A stretch of DNA of 64,000 bases from Candidatus Omnitrophica bacterium UBA6249 (GTDB lineage: Bacteria; Omnitrophota; Gorgyraeia; Gygaellales; Profunditerraquicolaceae): the NCBI GenBank assembly GCA_002441305.1, contig DJVT01000009.1:178766-242765 (forward strand). Direction: 5' to 3'. The translations under genes and the position numbers were made by a program. The notes under the pieces are model-generated. The model worked only from the letters and a program-made list of their open reading frames with translations, did not search any database and was not told the origin of the DNA. Below are positions 27,116 to 36,043 of the stretch, one piece after another; within the stretch, counting starts at the first letter, position 1, and every line of letters starts with the position of its first letter.

Positions 27116-27163
27116 TAAAAGGCACTTAGAGAGGCAAGAAGCGTATTATAAACATTATTATTT

Positions 27164-27292
27164 CCGGATAAGCAAAGGAAGTGAAGGTGCATTGTTTCTT
27201 TAGCAAGGATTCCTTCCGCTGCCCCGCAACGGTAATGAAAAACGGCATTTGATACTGCTGGTTTTTACGAGCCCGGACGATTGTTTATCCAG
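27164..27292 (+). ncRNA. cobalamin riboswitch aptamer 2
   Basis: P1 candidate pairs GGATAA 27166-27171 with TTATCC 27285-27290. Also present are AAAGGAAGTGAAGGTGCA, GCTGCCCCGCAACGGTAA 27218-27235 (strong match to the conserved core), a B12-box variant GATACTGCTGG, and GAGCCCGGACGATTG. Confidence 0.7.
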
Positions 27293-27341
27293 GGAATCCC
27301 GCTTAAATATTCTGCGGGCAGTATTCTCGAGGGAGGAGAAG

Positions 27342-29288
27342 ATGGCAAGAAAGATTCAGGTTTTTCTAATAGTTATGTTTTTTTGTATGATGGGTTTATC
27401 TCGGGCGGATGAGCCTGCGCAGGGAGGTAGCGCGGCCCAGGGTGAAGAAACCGTGGCTGTTTCCGGAGGGGAAGCCCAGTATGACCTGGGAAAAGTGATA
27501 GTTTCTGCGACCAAGACGGAAACTTACCAGGCAGAGATCGGGAGCTCCACTACTGTAATTACCGCTGATGATATAGAGAAATCCGGAAAGCGTACAGTTG
27601 AAGAGGTCTTGCGTAATGTCCCTGGACTTACCGTGATGCAGACTGGGGCTATAGGAGGAGCGGTTTCCGTATTTATGCGCGGGGCTAATTCCGGGCAGAC
27701 CCTGGTGATGATCGATGGAGTTGAGGTGAACGATCCGATGGCCACCGATCGCTCGTTTGATTTTGCCAATCTTGTTACAGATAATATCGAGAGGATAGAG
27801 ATTGTGCGCGGGCCGCAGTCAACGCTTTACGGTTCGGACGCAATGGCCGGCGTAATCAATATTATTACCAAAAAAGGAACCGGCAGGCCAAAATTCGAAG
27901 GTTCTTTTGAAGGAGGCTCGCATAGTACCTTCAACGAGAGCCTGGGGTTCAGCGGTACGGCTATGGAGAAGTTGGATTATTCGTTTTCAGTGGCACGCCT
28001 GGATTCGGAAGGTATATCTACAATATCCGGCACGGAAGACGATCCCTACCATAACCTTTCGCTTTCTTCGAAGGTGGGGTATAAAGTTTTCGATAACGCG
28101 GAGTTGAACCTGGTGGTGCATTATACGGATGCGAGAAAATCAATCGATGATTCCGACACTTCTACCTATGCGCCCATCGATATGCCCAACTATACATCCT
28201 GGTCGAAGGATTTGGCAAGCAAGGTTTCCTTTGATCAATCCATCAACTCTTGGTGGACACATAACCTGTCTTTTTCTTACCATGATATGCGCCGAAAAGA
28301 CAGGAAAGATTGGGATCCTCATAACCAAACCGTGATCGGTGATTGGTATAAGGGGAACAACAAGAAGGTGGAGTGGCAGCATACTCTTTCTCCGGTAAAA
28401 TGGAATACTGTTACCGCAGGTTTTGAATACGAGAAAGAAAGCGGTTCATCTCTTTACAGCGTTACTCCTGATCCCTACTTTTCTTCAAGCAAACAGGATA
28501 GGAAAAGTATTGATAACTGTGGATATTATTTTCAGGATCAGCTCAAAATCTGGGATAGCCTTTTTATCACTCCCGGATTGAGGATTGATGATCATGAGAT
28601 ATTCGGAACGGAGACTACCTATAAAGTATCAGCTGCCTACCTTATTAGGCAAACCGGTACTCGTCTTAAGGCCAACTGGGGCACGGGTTTTAAAGCTCCT
28701 TCCCTGTTTCAGCTGTATTCGACATATGGTTCGCCGGATTTAAGCCCCGAGAAAAACAAAAGTTATGATATCGGGTTTGAACAGAGTTTGTTTTCCGACT
28801 GTTTATCGTTTGACCTGACGTATTTTCATAACAAATATAGCAATCTCGTAGATTATAATTATTCTACAAGTAAGTATTATAACGTCGGGAAAGCGAAGAC
28901 CAAAGGTGTCGAATTAGGGGCAACATTAAAGCCTTTGGATAATTTGACCTTGAGCGGTAATTTCACTTATACTAAGACTGAAGATAAAGAAACAGGGCGG
29001 GAGCTTCAGAGGCGTCCGGAAAGACAGTTCAATTTTGATGTGAACTGGGCTTTTCTGCCTAAGGCAAACCTGAATTTTGGGGCAAATTATGTAGGCAGCC
29101 GTAAAGATTCGGGCTATATCACGGATAAGGCGTATACTGTTTTCCGTCTCGCCGCTTTATACAATGTTACGGAAAATCTCCAGGTTTTTGGCAGGATCGA
29201 AAACCTTTTCGACAAGAAATACCAGGAGGTTTATAGTTATGAAACTTTGGGCCGTTCATTCTATGCCGGCTTGAAGGCAAAGTTCTAA
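27342..29288 (+). CDS. btuB: TonB-dependent outer-membrane receptor (BtuB-like)
   Basis: Signal peptide MARKIQVFLIVMFFCMMGLSRA, TonB box/plug (VIVSATKTE, IERIEIVRGPQSTLYGSDAMAGVINIITK), and a C-terminal ...SFYAGLKAKF beta-barrel terminus. The real start at 27342 follows GGGAGGAG. Confidence 0.9.
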   Translation: MARKIQVFLIVMFFCMMGLSRADEPAQGGSAAQGEETVAVSGGEAQYDLGKVIVSATKTETYQAEIGSSTTVITADDIEKSGKRTVEEVLRNVPGLTVMQTGAIGGAVSVFMRGANSGQTLVMIDGVEVNDPMATDRSFDFANLVTDNIERIEIVRGPQSTLYGSDAMAGVINIITKKGTGRPKFEGSFEGGSHSTFNESLGFSGTAMEKLDYSFSVARLDSEGISTISGTEDDPYHNLSLSSKVGYKVFDNAELNLVVHYTDARKSIDDSDTSTYAPIDMPNYTSWSKDLASKVSFDQSINSWWTHNLSFSYHDMRRKDRKDWDPHNQTVIGDWYKGNNKKVEWQHTLSPVKWNTVTAGFEYEKESGSSLYSVTPDPYFSSSKQDRKSIDNCGYYFQDQLKIWDSLFITPGLRIDDHEIFGTETTYKVSAAYLIRQTGTRLKANWGTGFKAPSLFQLYSTYGSPDLSPEKNKSYDIGFEQSLFSDCLSFDLTYFHNKYSNLVDYNYSTSKYYNVGKAKTKGVELGATLKPLDNLTLSGNFTYTKTEDKETGRELQRRPERQFNFDVNWAFLPKANLNFGANYVGSRKDSGYITDKAYTVFRLAALYNVTENLQVFGRIENLFDKKYQEVYSYETLGRSFYAGLKAKF

Positions 29289-29349
29289 GACATGAAACGG
29301 AGGCGGGGCGTATGCCCCGCCTCCTGCCACTCAAATAAAGAGGAGAGAA

Positions 29350-29943
29350 ATGTTCAACTTATTTCTAAAGGGCGGACCGCTGATGTGGCCGATATTGCTC
29401 TGTTCCCTGGTATCGGTAACGATTGTCCTGGAGCGGTATTATTATTTCTACCGCCTGCGTGGCAGGATCCCTAATATTTGCCCGAGGGTAAAACTGCTTT
29501 TAAAAGAAGGCAGGGAAGATGAGGCGGTAAGATTGTGCGAGCAGGACGGCGGCCCGGTAGGGCGTATCCTGGCGATAAGCGCGCATATCCGCCATAAGCC
29601 GGCAGAAGAGCGGGAAAAATTAATCTCCCGGGCAGGCTCTAAGATTGTCCGCCAGATGGAGCAATACCTGCGCGCCCTTGCGGTAATCGTGAATACCGCT
29701 ACTCTTTTGGGGCTGTTGGGTACGGTTACCGGGATGATCAAGGCCTTTATGAAGATCCAGGAACTGGGGGGGAGAGTGGATGCTTCGGTGCTGGCGGGGG
29801 GCATCTGGGAAGCGTTGATCACTACTGCCGCAGGGCTATTCGTTGCCATACCTACCATGCTTTTTTACCATTATTTCGAAAGTAAGGTGGATAATACTGC
29901 GGATTCGATGAAAGAAGCGGCGATGGAATTTCTGGAGGGATGA
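29350..29943 (+). CDS. exbB: MotA/TolQ/ExbB proton-channel protein
   Basis: 197 aa with GGPLMWPILLCS and LLGLLGTVTGMIKAF. Confidence 0.9.
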   Translation: MFNLFLKGGPLMWPILLCSLVSVTIVLERYYYFYRLRGRIPNICPRVKLLLKEGREDEAVRLCEQDGGPVGRILAISAHIRHKPAEEREKLISRAGSKIVRQMEQYLRALAVIVNTATLLGLLGTVTGMIKAFMKIQELGGRVDASVLAGGIWEALITTAAGLFVAIPTMLFYHYFESKVDNTADSMKEAAMEFLEG

Positions 29944-30356
29944 TGGAATTCGAAGCAAGGAAGAAAATAAGTACGGAGATGAATATTGCTCCTTTGATCG
30001 ACGTAATTTTCCTGCTTATTCTGTTTTTTATGCTTACCGCCAACTTCGTTATTCCCCCGGGGATAAAACTCGATTTGCCCAGCGTGCTTTCCGCAAAGCC
30101 CCAAGAGGAGGAAAACACGGTTGTTTCGGTAACCCGGGACGGTGGGCTGTTCCTGAATGATAAAGGTATTTCCGGGCAGGAGCTTCCCGGAGCATTGAAG
30201 AGAGAACTGGAAGGCGCGAAAAACAAGACGGTAGTGATCCGGGCGGATGAAAATGTCAATTTCGGACTTGCGGTGGATGTTCTGGATATGGCCAAACAGG
30301 CTTCAGCAGAGGGCGTGGTCATCTCGACCACTAAAAAGGAAAATGCCGGGAAATAA
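29940..30356 (+). CDS. exbD: ExbD/TolR biopolymer transport protein
   Basis: 138 aa with MNIAPLIDVIFLLILFFM. ATGA overlap with exbB. Confidence 0.9.
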   Translation: MMEFEARKKISTEMNIAPLIDVIFLLILFFMLTANFVIPPGIKLDLPSVLSAKPQEEENTVVSVTRDGGLFLNDKGISGQELPGALKRELEGAKNKTVVIRADENVNFGLAVDVLDMAKQASAEGVVISTTKKENAGK

Positions 30357-31026
30357 TCCTATCAAATTCGCTTTCTTGATTTCTTTTGCCGGCCACTGTG
30401 TGTTTCTGGGAGCGGGAAATTCAGGTCTGCCGGTTTTCCGGAAGAGAGACCAGCCTAAGGAGATAGAGGTCGAATTCGATATCCGCAGGGAGGCTCTCCT
30501 GCCGAAAGTGGATCTCATGGGACCGGAGAAGAAATTCAAGCCGATGGAGGAGAAACAGGCGGCCGCCCCGGAGAAACATGAGGCGCCGCCCGAGGAAAAA
30601 CAAGCGGAGCCTTTGAAACCGGCGGCGGAAGAAAAGACGGAGAAGAAGATTCAAGAGAAGAAGCCTGAATCCTTACCCGGTAGGGAGCATTCGCTGGAGC
30701 AGGAAAAGGTAGATACCCTCCTTTCCGACCGGGAGATCATGATGCGTTACCAGGATATGGTAAAGCAGAGGATTGAGGCAGTGAGGAGGTATCCTCTGTG
30801 GGCCAGGAAACATGGCGTAGATGGGGTAAGCCGGGTATCTTTTAAGGTTTTTCCTCAAGGAGAAGCGGGAGCGGTACGCTTATCTGTTTCTTCCGGCTCG
30901 AAGATACTCGACGATGAATCAATTTCTACCGTCAGGAGGGCAAGCCCTTTTCCTCCGGTTCCCGGAGAGTTTTCCGGCAGGGCCGTGGATATGGAAGTGT
31001 CCATAGTTTTTTCTCTGGAAGAATGA
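30343..31026 (+). CDS. tonB: TonB family energy transducer
   Basis: N-terminal anchor, E/K/P-rich linker, and a TonB C-terminal domain (YPLWARKHGVDGVSRVSFKV...ASPFPPVP). ATG 30343 overlaps the exbD end. Confidence 0.85.
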   Translation: MPGNNPIKFAFLISFAGHCVFLGAGNSGLPVFRKRDQPKEIEVEFDIRREALLPKVDLMGPEKKFKPMEEKQAAAPEKHEAPPEEKQAEPLKPAAEEKTEKKIQEKKPESLPGREHSLEQEKVDTLLSDREIMMRYQDMVKQRIEAVRRYPLWARKHGVDGVSRVSFKVFPQGEAGAVRLSVSSGSKILDDESISTVRRASPFPPVPGEFSGRAVDMEVSIVFSLEE

Positions 31027-31067
31027 AAAATGTTTCAACCTCGCCGGCTTTGTGATAGACTGCTATC

Positions 31068-31769
31068 ATGCGCCCGGAAAGACTTATACGTTTTACTTTT
31101 GTAGTTTCCTTATTTTCGCACGGGTTGTTCCTTATACAGGGGCCGGAAATAAACCCGCTTACCCCTCCTCCTAAAGAACAGCTGATAAAGGTGCGCTATC
31201 TTGACCGCAGGGAACTTGTCTCCAGGACTTCTGCTGATAAGGCCGCCCCCCGTAAAACCTTTTCTTCCCCCCGGGCCGAGGCTTTTATGCAGCCTTCAGG
31301 AAAAGCCTCCAGGGGTATCCCCTTGACGCCTCCTGTCGAGAAAAAGTTCTTGAGAGACCCGGGAATCCTGCCTTCAGGCAAGGCGCCGGATTTCGCCAAG
31401 CCTAATTTTTCCAGCCCCGCGATGATTTCGATAAGAAAAAGAGTCACCCTTCCCGAAATCGAGATACCTAAAATAGATAATCCGAGCTATATCAGTTATT
31501 ACCAGATAGTCCGGGAAAAGATACGAAGGAGCGCATATAAGAACTACACGCGCAACGAGATCGGAGAAGTTTATATCTCTTTTGTTATATCCAATGACGG
31601 GGATATCAGGGACATCCGCCTTATAGAACCCAAGACTTCTGCCAGCGATTACCTGAAAGGCATAGCTTCAAGAAGTGTTAAGGACGCTTCGCCTTTTCCC
31701 AGTTTCCCCAAGGAATTGGATTATCCGCAGCTATCTTTTAATATAGTGATATCTTTTGAGCTTGAATAG
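31068..31769 (+). CDS. second TonB-C-terminal-domain protein
   Basis: 233 aa with an N-terminal anchor (FTFVVSLFSHGLFLI), a proline-containing linker, and C-terminal GEVYISFVISNDGDI...ASPFPSFP. Confidence 0.75.
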   Translation: MRPERLIRFTFVVSLFSHGLFLIQGPEINPLTPPPKEQLIKVRYLDRRELVSRTSADKAAPRKTFSSPRAEAFMQPSGKASRGIPLTPPVEKKFLRDPGILPSGKAPDFAKPNFSSPAMISIRKRVTLPEIEIPKIDNPSYISYYQIVREKIRRSAYKNYTRNEIGEVYISFVISNDGDIRDIRLIEPKTSASDYLKGIASRSVKDASPFPSFPKELDYPQLSFNIVISFELE

Positions 31770-31781
31770 CCAATCCAGTTA

Positions 31782-31810
31782 TTGACACCCTTGTTAAAGA
31801 GTGATATATT
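31782..31810 (+). promoter_or_regulatory. sigma-70-type promoter (TTGACA-N17-TATATT with TGa extended -10)
   Basis: TTGACA 31782-31787, a 17-nt spacer ending GTGA, then TATATT 31805-31810. It lies about 38 nt upstream of rpsU. Confidence 0.55.
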
Positions 31811-31847
31811 AACAGTTTAATATTGTTTATGAAAGGAGATGATTATA

Positions 31848-32009
31848 TTGTCACAGGTAGAAGTCAAAAAAGACGAGTCTTTTGAGTCCGCCCTGCGCCG
31901 TTTCAAGAAGAAAATCGAGCAGGAAGGCATCCTGCGCGAAGTGCGGGACCGCAAACATTACGAAAAACCCAGCGAGCGCAAGAGAAAGAAAGCGAAATCC
32001 AGAAAGTAA
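31848..32009 (+). CDS. rpsU: 30S ribosomal protein S21
   Basis: [52 protein letters not shown]. Not in the ORF track (under 60 aa). TTG 31848 lies 9 nt after the AAAGGAG SD; the in-frame ATG at 31839 is an alternative. Confidence 0.85.
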   Translation: MSQVEVKKDESFESALRRFKKKIEQEGILREVRDRKHYEKPSERKRKKAKSRK

Positions 32010-32011
32010 CT

Positions 32012-32926
32012 ATGCCTCTGGCTCTTTCCACTTCTTGGAACGCCTACCGTACAGAAAGTTCTGGGGATATGCTCTTTGAAATAAAACAGCTTGGGTTTGA
32101 CAGCGTGGAGCTGAGTTTCAATTTAAGCCCGGAGATGGTGGATGCGGCATGTGATTATGCGGCAAAAAACGGCATAAACATAACCAGCCTGCATAATTTT
32201 TGTCCCGTGCCGGACGGCCTGGACCGCAGGCGGGTTATGCCTGACCACTATTCGCTTTCTTCCCTTAACGAGGAAGAACGCCTGCGGGCGGTGGGGTTTA
32301 CTAGGCGCAGTATAGACGCAGCTGTAAGGTTGGGGGCAGGAGCGCTTGTCCTGCACTGTGGAAGAGTGGATATAATGGATCATACGCGCCGGCTTATCGA
32401 TATGTATAACCTGGGGTTGAAGGGCAGCTCTGAATTCATGCAGTTGAAGGAAAAGATGGCGTCCGAGCGTTCCTCCGTATCCCGGGAATATCTTTCACAG
32501 GCATTATCTAGCCTTAAGGAGTTGAACCTTTATGCGGAAGGCAAGGGCATAAAACTCGGTCTGGAAACAAGGTTTTATTATTGCGAAATCCCCAGTATAG
32601 AAGAAATCGGAATTATTTTTGATGAGGTAAAAGGTTCGCAGCTTTATTACTGGCATGATACCGGCCATGCCCAGCTCATGGAGAACCTTGGGTTCTTGAA
32701 GCATAATGATTTTCTCGAGCACTATGGGCAGAGAATGGCCGGGGCGCATATCCATGGCATTTCAGGATGTTGCGACCATCTTGCTCCTTCCTTGGGAGGG
32801 GTGGATTTTTCCATGCTCAAGCCGTACTTGAAAGAAGATTCTCTTAAGGTCATAGAAGCGCATCATCCGGCAACCGCGGAAGAGTTACGCAGGAGTCGCG
32901 CTGCTATCGAAGAGCTTTATGCTTAA
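32012..32926 (+). CDS. xylose-isomerase-like TIM-barrel (sugar phosphate isomerase/epimerase family) protein
   Basis: 304 aa with LGFDSVELSF, LVLHCG, LGLETR and HDTGHA..., the metal-ligand pattern of this fold. It starts 2 nt after the rpsU stop. Confidence 0.65.
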   Translation: MPLALSTSWNAYRTESSGDMLFEIKQLGFDSVELSFNLSPEMVDAACDYAAKNGINITSLHNFCPVPDGLDRRRVMPDHYSLSSLNEEERLRAVGFTRRSIDAAVRLGAGALVLHCGRVDIMDHTRRLIDMYNLGLKGSSEFMQLKEKMASERSSVSREYLSQALSSLKELNLYAEGKGIKLGLETRFYYCEIPSIEEIGIIFDEVKGSQLYYWHDTGHAQLMENLGFLKHNDFLEHYGQRMAGAHIHGISGCCDHLAPSLGGVDFSMLKPYLKEDSLKVIEAHHPATAEELRRSRAAIEELYA

Positions 32927-32954
32927 AAAGGCGTAGAAGAGGGAGAAATTTAAT

Positions 32955-33317
32955 ATGGACGATAAAGAAAATACCGGCGGCCAGAAAAAAGTCGATATGG
33001 ACTGGAAGGAAAAAGCGGAAAAGGAAAAACAGTCTCTTAAAGAGGAAGGTAAATTCATTCCTTCTGAGCCGGATTTCAAGTTTTTTGCCACTACTCTTGC
33101 CCTGCAGGCTTCGATAGCGCTGGGTCATATGGCTAATCCCGAGACGCAGGCGGTAAAAAAAGACCCGGCGCAGGCTAAATTTATCATCGATACCCTGGGC
33201 ATGCTGCAGGAAAAGACAAAGGGTAACCTGACGGAAGATGAGGCCAAGCTTTTGGAAAACCTGCTTTATGAGCTGAGGCTGGCTTATCTGTCCCCCGGCC
33301 AAGGAGAAGAGAAATGA
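32955..33317 (+). CDS. DUF1844-like protein
   Basis: 120 aa with an acidic/lysine-rich N-terminus, then FATTLALQASIALGHMANPETQ...IDTLGMLQEKTKGNLT, which I associate with DUF1844. Confidence 0.55.
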   Translation: MDDKENTGGQKKVDMDWKEKAEKEKQSLKEEGKFIPSEPDFKFFATTLALQASIALGHMANPETQAVKKDPAQAKFIIDTLGMLQEKTKGNLTEDEAKLLENLLYELRLAYLSPGQGEEK

Positions 33318-33466
33318 TCGATAAGACGCTTTTGGAGATATTGGCTTGTCCTGCCTGCAAGTCGGATATCGAGCTGAAGGGGGATAAGATCGTTTGCAAG
33401 AAATGCGGCAGGAAGTATCCTATCCGGCAGGGCGTGCCGGTAATGCTTATTGACGAGGCGGAATGA
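33314..33466 (+). CDS. Trm112/YcaR-family zinc-ribbon protein
   Basis: 50 aa, [50 protein letters not shown]. Absent from the ORF track. ATGA overlaps on both sides. Confidence 0.8.
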   Translation: MIDKTLLEILACPACKSDIELKGDKIVCKKCGRKYPIRQGVPVMLIDEAE

Positions 33467-33912
33467 AAGTGAAGAAAATACTGGTTATCCACGGCCCCAA
33501 CCTGGATCTTTTGGGGACGAGAGAGCCGGAAATTTACGGTTCCTTGACCCTGGAAAAGATAAACCGCATGCTGAATGCGCAGGCGAAGAAGCAAGGGGTT
33601 TCTCTTACTATCAGGCAGTCTAACCATGAAGGGAAAATCGTGGATCTTATCGGCAAGGCCGGAAAGAACAGGTTTGCGGCCATACTGATCAACCCCGCCG
33701 CTTATACTCATACCAGCGTGGCCCTGCGCGATGCCATAGTCGCATGCGGGGTTCCCGTGATAGAAGTGCACCTTTCGAATATTTATTCCCGCGAAGAATT
33801 CAGGCATAAGTCATTGGTCAGCCCGGTTGCCAAAGGCACTATTATGGGTTTTGGGGCGGGCAGCTACCTGCTTGGCTTGTCTGCTATTCTCGACCTGCTC
33901 GATACAAAATGA
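33463..33912 (+). CDS. aroQ: type II 3-dehydroquinate dehydratase
   Basis: [21 protein letters not shown]...[15 protein letters not shown]...EVHLSNI. Confidence 0.95.
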   Translation: MKVKKILVIHGPNLDLLGTREPEIYGSLTLEKINRMLNAQAKKQGVSLTIRQSNHEGKIVDLIGKAGKNRFAAILINPAAYTHTSVALRDAIVACGVPVIEVHLSNIYSREEFRHKSLVSPVAKGTIMGFGAGSYLLGLSAILDLLDTK

Positions 33913-34970
33913 ACCGGCGTATATCGTTTTTATGTTCTCGTTTGGAGCAAAGAGGGCTGGACGGCCTGCTGCTCGTTTCATCCGCAAATATATCCTATAT
34001 TACGGGTTTCCCGAGCCGGGATGCGTATCTTTTGATTTCGTCCGGAGGTAAAGGTGTTTATTTTACCGATTCCCGTTACAGCGAAGAGGCGCAAGAGTCC
34101 CTTAAGAATCCCATAGGACTCAGGGAATGCAACGGTACGGTTTTCAGCGGGATCGGAACTTCCCTCCGGGAGATGGGGATCGCCAGGTTAGGCTTTGAGG
34201 AGAGGCATCTTTCTTTTGCCGAATTTTCCAGGCTGAAAGAGCTTTCCGGCAAAGCGGTAGAGCTTATCCCGGTGCACGGCATGGTTGAGGCGTCCAGGGA
34301 GGTTAAGGATAAGGATGAGGTTGAAAAGATCAAGAAAGCGGTAAAGGTCACAGGTCTTGCCTACAGGCATATTAAAAAATTTGTCGTACCCGGGGCAAGC
34401 GAGATGGAGATTACCGGGGAATTTGAACATTTTGTAAGGCTACAGGGATGCAATGGGCCGGCTTTCGATACGATCGTGGCAAGCGGTCCGAATTCCAGCC
34501 GTCCGCACCACCTTTCCGGGCAGAGAAAACTGAGAAGAGGGGAAGGGGTGCTTATGGATTTAGGGGTAGATTATCTCGGATACAAATCCGACTTGACAAG
34601 GGTTGTCTTTTTGGGTAAAATAAATCCTCTTGTGCGGGAGATTTACGATATTGTCCGTAAAGCGCACGATTTGGCTATAGAAAGAATCCATCCTGGCGCA
34701 GAAATGTCTGAAATTGACAGGGTTGCGCGTGAGTACATCGCCTCAAAAGGGTATGCCTCCTGCTTTACGCATAACCTGGGGCACGGGGTGGGGTTGGAGA
34801 TACACGAAGAACCGCATTTTTCCCGGAACGAAGCAAGCGCGGTAAAACCGGGGATGGTATTTACCGTAGAGCCCGGGATATACCTTCCCGGGAAGTTCGG
34901 GGTAAGGATAGAGGATCTTATTTTAGTAACCAGAAAAGGATGCGAGGTATTAAGTGGCGCTATCAATTAA
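33909..34970 (+). CDS. pepP: Xaa-Pro aminopeptidase (M24B)
   Basis: 353 aa with [30 protein letters not shown] and VFTVEPGIY. Confidence 0.9.
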   Translation: MNRRISFLCSRLEQRGLDGLLLVSSANISYITGFPSRDAYLLISSGGKGVYFTDSRYSEEAQESLKNPIGLRECNGTVFSGIGTSLREMGIARLGFEERHLSFAEFSRLKELSGKAVELIPVHGMVEASREVKDKDEVEKIKKAVKVTGLAYRHIKKFVVPGASEMEITGEFEHFVRLQGCNGPAFDTIVASGPNSSRPHHLSGQRKLRRGEGVLMDLGVDYLGYKSDLTRVVFLGKINPLVREIYDIVRKAHDLAIERIHPGAEMSEIDRVAREYIASKGYASCFTHNLGHGVGLEIHEEPHFSRNEASAVKPGMVFTVEPGIYLPGKFGVRIEDLILVTRKGCEVLSGAIN

Positions 34971-35520
34971 TGAAATTAAAGCGGGGGTTACGGTTTTGGT
35001 GGACGGGGTTGTCTATGTCTGCATAGATGCCCAGCATGTCAAGCCCGGCAAAGGGGCGGCTTTTGTCAGGGCCAGGCTGCGCGACATGAAGACAAATAAC
35101 ATCCAGGAAAAGACTTTCCGCGGCGAAGAAAAGATCGAGCAGGCTTTCGTGGAAGAGCGCAAACTTCAATATCAGTATGCCAGTACCGGGATATATCATT
35201 TTATGGACCAGGAAAATTTTGAGGATATCGGCATATCCGAGGACGTTATCGCGGAAAAATCAAAATTCCTTCAGGACAATATAGAAGTTACGGGTTATTT
35301 TTTCAAGGACGAGCCTTTATCCGTGAATCTTCCCAATTTCATAGAGTTCAATATACTGGAGACCGAACCGGGGTTTAAGGGCGATTCCTCAAAGAGCGGG
35401 ACAAAGCCTGCCAAGGTAGATACCGGGGCGGTGATCCAGGTGCCTTTATTTATAAACGTTGGGGACAGGATCAAAGTAGATACCCGTACCGGCGGCACCT
35501 ATACCGAGAGGATCAGTTAA
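34954..35520 (+). CDS. efp: elongation factor P
   Basis: 188 aa with KAGVTVLVDG...HVKPGKGAAFVRARL. GTG start. Confidence 0.95.
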   Translation: MALSINEIKAGVTVLVDGVVYVCIDAQHVKPGKGAAFVRARLRDMKTNNIQEKTFRGEEKIEQAFVEERKLQYQYASTGIYHFMDQENFEDIGISEDVIAEKSKFLQDNIEVTGYFFKDEPLSVNLPNFIEFNILETEPGFKGDSSKSGTKPAKVDTGAVIQVPLFINVGDRIKVDTRTGGTYTERIS

Positions 35521-35572
35521 AGATTCCGGCGCGCCGGTTTAAAGCGAGTCCGCCACAGAAAGGAAGGGCGTT

Positions 35573-36031
35573 GTGAACATCAAGGAAATCAAGGAAATGA
35601 TTAATCTGATGAACGAGAACAGCCTTGTCGAGCTGGAGGTGGAAAAGGACGATATGCGCGTCCGCCTGAAGAAGACCGCCAGCGGCATAGAGGGTTTTAG
35701 CGGGCCGGTAGTAATCCAGGGGCAGAATATACCGTTGTCGCAGGATAAACTCCAGTCCGCCCCTGCGGGCGGGGAAAAAGAGGCCCCTAAATCCGTAGAA
35801 ATCAAAGCGCCCATGGTAGGGACTTTTTACCGTGCCCCCAGCCCGGAATCGCCGGCTTATGTCGAGGTGGGACAGGTAATTGAACCGGGGCAGGTAATTT
35901 GTATCATCGAGGCCATGAAGCTGATGAACGAGATAAAATCCGAAATCAAGGGCAAGATCCTTGAAGTACTGGTTGATAACGCTGAGCCGGTAGAGTTCGG
36001 CCAGTCATTATTCCTGATCGATCCACTTTAA
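35573..36031 (+). CDS. accB: acetyl-CoA carboxylase biotin carboxyl carrier protein
   Basis: 152 aa with the biotinylation motif IEAMKLMNEI and a P/A linker. Confidence 0.95.
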   Translation: MNIKEIKEMINLMNENSLVELEVEKDDMRVRLKKTASGIEGFSGPVVIQGQNIPLSQDKLQSAPAGGEKEAPKSVEIKAPMVGTFYRAPSPESPAYVEVGQVIEPGQVICIIEAMKLMNEIKSEIKGKILEVLVDNAEPVEFGQSLFLIDPL

Positions 36032-36043
36032 ATTTTATAAAAG

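Noticed and set aside
27249-27341. Upstream extension of the btuB ORF (start at 27249).
   Set aside because: It overlaps the riboswitch aptamer. ATG 27342 is preceded by GGGAGGAG and yields a canonical signal peptide.
27342-29288. btuB reads as noticeably more A/T-rich than its neighbours, which could suggest horizontal acquisition.
   Set aside because: I cannot compute composition here. Outer-membrane barrels are enriched in Asn, Tyr, Lys, Asp and Ser codons, which by itself lowers GC. There are no flanking mobility genes or repeats.
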